DNA of 64,000 bases, taken from positions 96,001 to 160,000 of the forward strand of contig JBDHJS010000001.1 of assembly GCA_039586795.1 (NCBI GenBank), given 5' to 3'. Numbering within the stretch: position 1 is the first letter of the stretch; each line of letters begins with the position of its first letter. Of the stretch, positions 51,161 to 58,468 are shown piece after piece. The notes under the pieces are model-generated. The model was given only the letters and a program-made list of their open reading frames with translations. It was not told where the DNA came from and did no database searches. This DNA is from Gemmatimonadota bacterium (lineage in GTDB: Bacteria; Gemmatimonadota; Gemmatimonadetes; Palauibacterales; KS3-K002). The translations under genes and the position numbers were made by a program.

Positions 51161-52375
51161 ATGAGACGACGCGACTTCTTGATCGGGGCCGGCGCTGCCG
51201 GCGCCGGTGTGGCTCTGTACGGTCGAATGCCCTTCGGCGCGGCCATGTCGGTGGACGAAGAGACCGACGTACAGGGTATCGACCCTCTACCTTTATCCGC
51301 CTACAAACAGCGAATCGAGCGCGCGGGCTCGCTCATGGCGCAGATGGGATTTGCTGCTCTGTTTTGCGAGCCCTCAACGACATTCAATTACTTGATGGGG
51401 GCTAATTTCGGGCGTAGCGAGCGCCTCATCGCCCTTGTTCTGGCATCTGACGGCGAGCCGATAGTTGTGGCGCCGCAGTTCGAGGTTGAGCGCGTCGAGC
51501 GTAGGGTGAAGTCAGTGTCCGACATCCGTGGATGGGAAGAGGACGAGAGCCCGTTCGCGCTCGTAGCCGACATTCTCTCGGGACAGCGCCCGGGCAAGAT
51601 CGCCGTCGAGCCCAGTGCACGTTTTGGAATGGCGAACCGGCTCCAGGAGGCGATGCCGGACTGGGAGGTTGCGGACGGAACGGCGATGTTCGTGCAACTG
51701 CGTATCGTCAAGTCTGAGCCAGAGCTGGCTTTGATCCGCCGAGCCATCTCGATCACCGAGTCCTCGATCGCCGCAACGTTCGCCGCTCTCGAGCCGCGGC
51801 TCACCGATCGCGAAGTGGCGGGCGTGCTGAGCGGCGAGATGGCCCGACGCGGAGCGCGTGGCGGCGGTCTGGTTCAGTTCGGACCGACCAGCGCCCTGCC
51901 CCACGGTGGCACGGAGGGTCGAGCGCTAGAATCGGGCACTGTGGTTCTCATCGATGCCGGCTGCCGAGTCCACGACTATGCGTCGGACATCACCCGGATG
52001 CACTTCTTCGGCGACGACCCTGACGTCGAATACCGGGAGGTGTTCAACACCGTGTTCTCCGCTCAGAGCGCGGCGTACGAGGCGGGCAAGCCCGGCATGG
52101 GGTGTCAGCAGCTGGATCGGATAGCGAGGAACGTGATAGAGGAGGCGTCATACGGCGAGTATTTCACTCACCGCCTGGGCCACGGCATGGGCATGGACGG
52201 TCACGAGCCGCCCTACCTGGTGGAGGGGAATACCCGCCAACTGGAACCGGGAATGGTGTTCACGATCGAGCCGGGCATCTACCTGCCGGGACGCTGGGGA
52301 GTCCGCATTGAAGACGACTTTGTCGTGCGCGACAACGGACTGGAGGCACTGAGCTCGCGTGTCGCGCCGATATGA
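51161..52375 (+). CDS. Xaa-Pro peptidase (M24), Tat-exported
   Basis: MRRRDFL; PHG, IDAG, SDITR, HRLGHG..GHE, TIEPGIY, RIED. Confidence 0.93.
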   Translation: MRRRDFLIGAGAAGAGVALYGRMPFGAAMSVDEETDVQGIDPLPLSAYKQRIERAGSLMAQMGFAALFCEPSTTFNYLMGANFGRSERLIALVLASDGEPIVVAPQFEVERVERRVKSVSDIRGWEEDESPFALVADILSGQRPGKIAVEPSARFGMANRLQEAMPDWEVADGTAMFVQLRIVKSEPELALIRRAISITESSIAATFAALEPRLTDREVAGVLSGEMARRGARGGGLVQFGPTSALPHGGTEGRALESGTVVLIDAGCRVHDYASDITRMHFFGDDPDVEYREVFNTVFSAQSAAYEAGKPGMGCQQLDRIARNVIEEASYGEYFTHRLGHGMGMDGHEPPYLVEGNTRQLEPGMVFTIEPGIYLPGRWGVRIEDDFVVRDNGLEALSSRVAPI

Positions 52376-52434
52376 CGGTGGGGGATGCTTGACGCGGTGT
52401 AATGGGTTCGAGATATTCGCGCCGCGGCCCTTTT

Positions 52435-52490
52435 GGTAGACGATAGACAGTAGACAGTAGACAGTAGACGGTGGACGGTGGACGGTGGAC
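52435..52490 (+). repeat. Eight tandem heptamers (GGTAGAC/GATAGAC/AGTAGAC/GGTGGAC)
   Basis: Read directly in the intergenic sequence. Confidence 0.9.
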
Positions 52491-52531
52491 GGTCGTGGCG
52501 GCGGCGGACAAACGGCAAGGATAGGAGTGCG

Positions 52532-52792
52532 ATGAAGTTCGAGGTTTCTACTCATATGTCGCCGGAGAAGGTGCTCGAGCAGGCTGAAGCCTACTACGCC
52601 GAGCATACCGGGATGACAGTTGCCGAGCGGGCAGCGGATCGGCTGGAGCTCACCGGCGCGATTGGCAGCGCAGTCATCAAAGCGTATCGGGATCACGGAC
52701 ACACAACGGTTTACGCCGAAACGAACCGAGGAGTCGGTCTGGACGTCACGGATCAGACGCTTCGGTTCCTGCACCAGATCCCGCACATATAG
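52532..52792 (+). CDS. Hypothetical protein (86 aa)
   Basis: AGGAG RBS before ATG 52532; globular alpha/beta pattern. Confidence 0.75.
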   Translation: MKFEVSTHMSPEKVLEQAEAYYAEHTGMTVAERAADRLELTGAIGSAVIKAYRDHGHTTVYAETNRGVGLDVTDQTLRFLHQIPHI

Positions 52793-52829
52793 CAATCGAA
52801 GCAAACTGCTGAAGGACGTAACTCCAAGA

Positions 52830-53111
52830 ATGGCTGGCGAGATGCTAAAGATAAGAGTGATCGTGCCGGACACGTGGACCGAGAAGAAGGTTGAGCTGCC
52901 GACGGATACGGCGGTGGGCGCGATAAAGGAACAGTTCCTCGCTGAACTCCTCGGAGCCAGCGATGTCGATCCAGGCGACTACTACGTGGAGTATTTCGAG
53001 AAGGAAGTCCTGGATGAGTCGACCACGCTGGCCGATCTCGGGGTGGCAGAGAACGGCGTGATATCCCTCCGCCCTTACGACATGGATCATCCGCCGCCGT
53101 TCAAAGGCTGA
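52830..53111 (+). CDS. Ubiquitin-like (EsaB/YukD-type beta-grasp) protein
   Basis: IRVIV...VELP..TAVGAIK...VLDESTTLADLGVAENGVISL ubiquitin pattern. Confidence 0.65.
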   Translation: MAGEMLKIRVIVPDTWTEKKVELPTDTAVGAIKEQFLAELLGASDVDPGDYYVEYFEKEVLDESTTLADLGVAENGVISLRPYDMDHPPPFKG

Positions 53112-53204
53112 AGATTCTGGGATTCTGGGTTTACGAGATTCAGGGCGTCTGGGAGCGGGTTCGCGGCTGAACCTGCGGCCAGACCGAATCGCCGAACCCC
53201 CGAT

Positions 53205-53936
53205 TCACCCAGGGCGCTGGCGACGCGAGTGGATCGCTGAGACGACCGGATAGGGCAGCGCTTTCATAACCCAGGCCATCAGGCGCCAGCGCCGCGTCAC
53301 GTAGACGTGGCGTTTCTTCTTCTTTATCGCCCCGAAGATCTGCTCAGCCGCCTTCTCCGGGCTCGCCACCCAGAACATGTCCTTTCGGCCCTGGGTCATC
53401 GGTGTCTCCACAAAGCCGGGCTTGACATCGGTGACGGTCACGTCGACTCCCCGGCCATTCGCCTTGAGGCGTAATGCCTCGAGATAGACGGCGTCAAACG
53501 CCTTCGATCCTGAATAGGCGGCCCGCAGCCCCCTGATTGCCGCTATCGAAGTAATCCCGACGAGGTGGCCTGCGCCCCGTTCGACAAAGTAGTCGAGCGC
53601 CCGGCTGGCCATCGCGGCAAAGCCCTTCACGTTGACCTCAATGATCTCGAGCTCCTCATCCCAGTTCGGGTCGTGGTGGCCGACGCCGGAATTGACCACG
53701 ATGAGCTCGACATCGCCCATCTCCTCGATGAGCTCGACTAGACGGTCACGGGATTCCTGAGCCTGAGTCAGGTCAATAACCTTGACGTAGCTCTCTGTAG
53801 GTAGCTCGCTGGCCAGTTCCTGCATCAGAGGCTTGTTTCGACCGGCCAGTCCCAACTCGTAGCCGTTCTGGGCCAGAACGATTGCCAGGGCCCGTCCGAT
53901 GCCGGTACTGCTACCGATGATGATCGCTTTCTTCAC
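53205..53936 (-). CDS. Short-chain dehydrogenase/reductase
   Basis: GSSTGIG, VNSG, YSGSK, PGFVET. Confidence 0.92.
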   Translation of the reverse strand: MKKAIIIGSSTGIGRALAIVLAQNGYELGLAGRNKPLMQELASELPTESYVKVIDLTQAQESRDRLVELIEEMGDVELIVVNSGVGHHDPNWDEELEIIEVNVKGFAAMASRALDYFVERGAGHLVGITSIAAIRGLRAAYSGSKAFDAVYLEALRLKANGRGVDVTVTDVKPGFVETPMTQGRKDMFWVASPEKAAEQIFGAIKKKKRHVYVTRRWRLMAWVMKALPYPVVSAIHSRRQRPG

Positions 53937-54148
53937 TAATATGCCCTTGTTGAATGAGCGTTAGTTGTTGAGTGATCTAAGATTATTGCCTGCTGATCGA
54001 CCTTTGAAATTGGGCTCTCGCAGGCCTGAGCGTCCAGAGGTCAACTTGGGTTCACAATCCTCAACACCTAACGCTCAATCCTCAATCATCACGGTATTGC
54101 ACAGCCCTCTACGCGCGTCCGGGCCCATATGCTAGATTCAACGGCACC

Positions 54149-55594
54149 ATGAACAGCTTTGAAGAGCTCAAGCTCGATTCTGACCTCCTGAAACGACTCG
54201 AGGAGCTTGGCTACCGCCAGCCGACGGCGTTCCAGGAAGAGGCCATCCCGGCGATCGCCCGGGGTACGAGTGGCGTGGGCGTCGCGTCCGCAGGCTGCGG
54301 CAAGACTCTGGCCTACGGACTCGGGCTGGCCGGCCGTCTCGACATAGGAGACCCGGACCCGCAAGTGCTCGTGCTTCGCCCGACGGACGATCAGGCCGTC
54401 GCGACCGCAGACGCCTTACATCGGCTTCTCGACATCCGCGGATTAGAGATCGTCAGCCTCAGCGCCGGGCCGCAGCATGGGGCCCAGCTCGCCGTGGCTA
54501 GTCCCGCTGCCGCTCTGAACGCGCTCCAACACTCCGCGATCAAGTTGAGCGCCGTTCGGTCGCTGGTCGTGGACGGCGCTTCGTCGATGCTCGAACTCGG
54601 TGCGAGTGAGGCCCTGGAAACGCTGACGGCGCAGATCCCGAAGGACGCCCAGCGCGTGCTGCTGACCAGCCGAATGACACCAGAGGTCGAGGGGTGGATC
54701 GATCGGCACGCGCGCCGAGCGCGCCAATTCACCTACGCGCCAGCGGAGCCGAAGCCTCTGGCCGGCGCCGACGTACAATACTGGTCCGCGCCGCGAGACT
54801 TCTGGCTGCCAGCACTCCTGGGTGTCCTGACCGAGATGCACAAAGGCGGTGATCGGGTCGTGAGCATCCACTGCCGTCGACCATCTGAGGCGCTGGATCT
54901 CACAAACCGACTCCGCGTACGCGGGGTCAGCTTCGCCAGCGCACCCGAGGAGCCAGGTATTTGGATCGAGGCCGGCTTTCCCGGCCCCAGTCCGCGGGGT
55001 TCCCTCTCCGTCTCGTGGGGCGTTCCACCAGACTACGTCAGCTTCCACGCCCGTGCAGCTGATTCGGAACGAGCCCTGATCTTCCTGGAGCCTTCTGAGT
55101 TGTCTCACCTGCACCGCTTGGCCGAATTGGCATCAGTGAGGCTGACCGCCCTGCGGTCCGACCCGCCACCGGAGGCGGCCCACTCCGTTCAGCAGACCCG
55201 CGATGAGCTCCGCGAGGCCGTTCGGGAGCGAGATCTGGAGCCCTATATGCTACTCCTGGAGCCACTGCTCGAGGAGTACACGCCTTCGCAGATCGCCGCT
55301 GCCTCCATCGCCTTGCTCCGCGATCGGGCTCCGGTGACACCGGAAGAGCCTCTGCCGGCGTGGACGCGCCTGTACTTCAACGTCGGCCGCCGGGACAACG
55401 TCCGCCCAGGCGACCTGGTAGGCGCGATCACCGGCGAGACCTCAATCGGCGGCGATGCCATTGGCCGTATCGAGATACGAGACAACTACACGTCTGTGGA
55501 GGTAGCGGCTACGGTGGCTGAGAAGGTGATAAAAGGGCTGGCGTCCGCGACGATACGGGGTCGACCCGCTAACGTAAGGCTACTAAGGGAGTAG
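54149..55594 (+). CDS. Degenerate DEAD-box helicase-like protein with DbpA/CsdA RNA-binding domain
   Basis: Q motif GY..PT..Q; GCGKT; VVDGAS; C-terminal VGRRDNVRPGDLVGAI...IGRIEI. Confidence 0.85.
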   Translation: MNSFEELKLDSDLLKRLEELGYRQPTAFQEEAIPAIARGTSGVGVASAGCGKTLAYGLGLAGRLDIGDPDPQVLVLRPTDDQAVATADALHRLLDIRGLEIVSLSAGPQHGAQLAVASPAAALNALQHSAIKLSAVRSLVVDGASSMLELGASEALETLTAQIPKDAQRVLLTSRMTPEVEGWIDRHARRARQFTYAPAEPKPLAGADVQYWSAPRDFWLPALLGVLTEMHKGGDRVVSIHCRRPSEALDLTNRLRVRGVSFASAPEEPGIWIEAGFPGPSPRGSLSVSWGVPPDYVSFHARAADSERALIFLEPSELSHLHRLAELASVRLTALRSDPPPEAAHSVQQTRDELREAVRERDLEPYMLLLEPLLEEYTPSQIAAASIALLRDRAPVTPEEPLPAWTRLYFNVGRRDNVRPGDLVGAITGETSIGGDAIGRIEIRDNYTSVEVAATVAEKVIKGLASATIRGRPANVRLLRE

Positions 55595-55608
55595 AACTGT
55601 GCGGATCA

Positions 55609-55643
55609 GGGGAAGAAGGCCCCTACACGGACCTCCTTCCCCC
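55609..55643. terminator. Imperfect hairpin between convergent helicase-like and HU genes
   Basis: GGGGAAG-A-AGG...CCT-C-CTTCCCC. Confidence 0.5.
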
Positions 55644-55655
55644 GGGTCCTTGGAC

Positions 55656-55943
55656 CTACATGTTGACCCCGTCCTTCAGGCCTTTTCCGGGACGGAAGGC
55701 CGGTGATGTCGACGCAGGAATCTGGATCCGTTCGCCCGTACGCGGGTTGCGACCCATGCGCGCGCCACGCTTCCGGGTCTCAAACGTCCCAAACCCGGTG
55801 ATCTGGACCTTCGCACCCGACCTGAGCGCTCCGGCAATGATGCCGCCCGTAGCGTCAAAGAGTGCGTCCACCGCGCGCCCGGCGTCGGCCTTGCTGAGGT
55901 TTGTCGCGTCAGCAAGCTTGTCGGTAAGTTCGGTCTTGTTCAC
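55656..55943 (-). CDS. hup: DNA-binding protein HU
   Basis: MNKTEL, VQITGFGTF, ARMGRNPRTGE, PAFRPGK; AAAGGAG RBS. Confidence 0.96.
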   Translation of the reverse strand: MNKTELTDKLADATNLSKADAGRAVDALFDATGGIIAGALRSGAKVQITGFGTFETRKRGARMGRNPRTGERIQIPASTSPAFRPGKGLKDGVNM

Positions 55944-56266
55944 CACGAAACTCCTTTCAAATAGGTGAATTTTGATCGACGACAAGGGCGAAGTTGGCTC
56001 TACTGTATAGAGTAAACCGCGGATTCGTCAAGGGAAAAGCTAGGCAACATGCGGATGATCGCCGCTTGGCGCCCGGCAAAGCCGGCGTGAAGGACGGGAC
56101 CTCCAACGCAACGTCGAGTCGTTAACTCACTGTTTCATAATAACTTACGGTGCCCACTCCAGGTTCGGCGTGGGCACCGTTTGTATACAACATCACGTTT
56201 TTCGCGGACCGGCTGCCTGAGGCCGGAAATCGCCGAAAACCGGCTTCCAGCGCCGTTTTCAGCCCA

Positions 56267-57397
56267 TCACTGCACCGTGAAACTGCCCAGGAAGGGCCCC
56301 AGTCCGGTCAACGTCCCGCCTTGCGGATCGGAGAGCACGACCGCGTTCGCGGTCAGAGTATGGCCGCCCGTGGCCGCCCCGCCGGCGACGGTCACCCAGA
56401 CATTGACGATCGCCCCCTGCCCTTCTGTTACGGCATCTCCGCCGCTGTCGAACAGAAGGACTCGGACCTGGCCCGCCTGTATCTGGTTGAACGGCGTGCC
56501 ATCCATGCTGGCGGCGCGTCCTGTCACGGTAACCGAGTCCACCGAGGCAATGACCGCGGGATCGAAGAGCATATCGAATTGGACCCCGCTAACGCTGTCG
56601 GCGTTGGCCAGAGCTATGGCGACCGGAATCCCGGTGGCGCCGGCGCTACCGCTGGCGTCTGTGAGGACCAGGCTCGGCGTATCGGCAGTGACCGTGAAGT
56701 TCTGGGTGGCGAGAGTGGAGCTGTTACCCGCCAGGTCACTAACCTGAGCGCTTATCACGTTGCTGCCGGCGCGGAAGATGAGGGTGTCATCAACCGTGGT
56801 GGTCGCCTCACTTCCGGTGACGGCGAACATCGGGAGGAGGCTCGTACCCGCCGTATATACTATCGATGTCGTGCCGTCGCTCCTGTACACACCGCCCACT
56901 TCGAGGCCGCTGGTAATAGACAGCGATGAGCCATCGATACCGCTGCCACCATCGTTGAAAGCGACGGTTATGTCGAATCCCGTCTGACCCGCGGTCGTCG
57001 CTCCTGCCAGCGGTTGGTTGATCGAGATGGCCGGCGGTGTCCCGTCATGGAGCACCTGCTGCGTCTCGCTGGCCTGATTGCCGGCGGCGTCGCGAGCGCT
57101 GACGCGGACCTGGTTCGATTGGTCGGCAGCCAGCGTGACCCGCACCGAGAAGCCGCCACTGTTGGTGGCCGTTCCGGTCGCCGTGTCCACCGGAGTCTCG
57201 ACGGTGACCGATGCTCCGGGGTCCGTCGTACCGGTGACGTTCGGCATGAGCTGGTTCGTCGGGCTGGTCACCTGATCTACGGTGAGCGAGATCGTTGTAT
57301 CGCCTGGCCCGGAGGGGCTGGTGCTGCATGCGATCGTGATCCCCGCCACGACTAGGGCGACTAGGATGAACAGAACGGCCTGACGGTGCGCTGCCAT
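56267..57397 (-). CDS. Lipoprotein with Ig-like domains and C-terminal cohesin-like domain
   Basis: Lipobox TIAC; ARDAAGN/VSDLAGN Ig motifs; VAIALAN..VSGVQFDMLFDP...GQVRVLLF...GQGAIV cohesin pattern. Confidence 0.75.
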   Translation of the reverse strand: MAAHRQAVLFILVALVVAGITIACSTSPSGPGDTTISLTVDQVTSPTNQLMPNVTGTTDPGASVTVETPVDTATGTATNSGGFSVRVTLAADQSNQVRVSARDAAGNQASETQQVLHDGTPPAISINQPLAGATTAGQTGFDITVAFNDGGSGIDGSSLSITSGLEVGGVYRSDGTTSIVYTAGTSLLPMFAVTGSEATTTVDDTLIFRAGSNVISAQVSDLAGNSSTLATQNFTVTADTPSLVLTDASGSAGATGIPVAIALANADSVSGVQFDMLFDPAVIASVDSVTVTGRAASMDGTPFNQIQAGQVRVLLFDSGGDAVTEGQGAIVNVWVTVAGGAATGGHTLTANAVVLSDPQGGTLTGLGPFLGSFTVQ

Positions 57398-57483
57398 TGG
57401 CTTCCCTCCTGAGGCTACCGTCGCTCTTGAGCGACGGGGCCGTGGGCGATGACGGTCAAACGATCGTCGAGTCTAACCTCATG

Positions 57484-58452
57484 TTACAGCCGCGCCGCGA
57501 GAGATATGTGCGTCTCGTCACCCAACTGGTTGACGCCCAACTCGCGCGCGATGTCGAAACGGAATCGGCCGAGGGCAAGTCCAACGCCCACGGTACCGCC
57601 CGTGTTAGTGTCGATTAGCGTTTCCGCGATGTAGCCGCCGCGCAGAAACAGAATCCCGGCAGCTCCGAACTCGGCGCCAAAGAACTGACTCCCCGCCGAC
57701 AGGTCGCGAAGTGCGTGCTCGAGGTCGACCGCCAGCAACAGACTGAAGCGTCCTTCGGGCTGCAGGTGGCTGAGCACGTCATAGCTGGCGCCCAGTCGCA
57801 GCCTACCGGGTAGTGGGCTGGGCTCGGCGCCATCGATGCTGAGTCCCCGGCCGACGTTGAGTACGCTGGCGCCGATGTCCAGGGGCAGACTGACCGCCGG
57901 CCGCCACAGCAAGCCAGCGTCGAAAGCGAAGGTGTCCCCGGTCAGGTCGCCGCTGAGCTCACTACGCACCCACTTTGCCGTGAGGCCGATTCCGAAACGC
58001 GGTAGAATCTGGCGGCCGTACGAGAGGCCGAGCACGAGATTGCTCGGCGTGATAGTGCCCAGAGGCACGTCTGGCGAACTCGACAGCGTGATCTCGCCGA
58101 AGCTCTGCACGTTGGCGGAAACAGCGAAGACACCCGCTGACCCTACCGGCACGGCGACGGCAAGGTTGTTGAACCTGAAATCGAGCGGCCCGTCGTAATG
58201 CGATGCGAGCGGCTCGAAGTAGTCGATCGTCCCGAGCGTCGCCGGGTTCCAGGGCACGCCCTGCAACTCACCGCGGATCGAGGCCGCAGCTCGCCCGATG
58301 CCCACCATGCGGGCACCCATCGGGGCCGTGAGGAACGCAACTTCGTCCTCGAATCCCTGAGCACCGACGGCGTCCGGCAGGCCCAGACCAGCCAGCAGCA
58401 GGGCCGCGCAGATCGAGCGTCGTCGGAGGGTAGCTGCGCTCACGAGCCGCAT
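57484..58452 (-). CDS. PorV/PorQ-like outer-membrane barrel
   Basis: Signal peptide; FLTAPMGARMVGIG, WNPA, GLSYG, AFDAG, LRGGY. Confidence 0.8.
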   Translation of the reverse strand: MRLVSAATLRRRSICAALLLAGLGLPDAVGAQGFEDEVAFLTAPMGARMVGIGRAAASIRGELQGVPWNPATLGTIDYFEPLASHYDGPLDFRFNNLAVAVPVGSAGVFAVSANVQSFGEITLSSSPDVPLGTITPSNLVLGLSYGRQILPRFGIGLTAKWVRSELSGDLTGDTFAFDAGLLWRPAVSLPLDIGASVLNVGRGLSIDGAEPSPLPGRLRLGASYDVLSHLQPEGRFSLLLAVDLEHALRDLSAGSQFFGAEFGAAGILFLRGGYIAETLIDTNTGGTVGVGLALGRFRFDIARELGVNQLGDETHISLAARL

Positions 58453-58468
58453 CGTTCGTTCGTCTGCC

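Noticed and set aside
52435..52490. CRISPR array (also considered at 62505-62767)
   Set aside because: 7-bp tandem units without unique spacers; no cas genes
52148..52873. ORFs 52148-52873, 52260-52511 and 52279-52518 (-) with PSTVHR/STVYCL repeats
   Set aside because: Translations of the heptamer array, antisense to better genes
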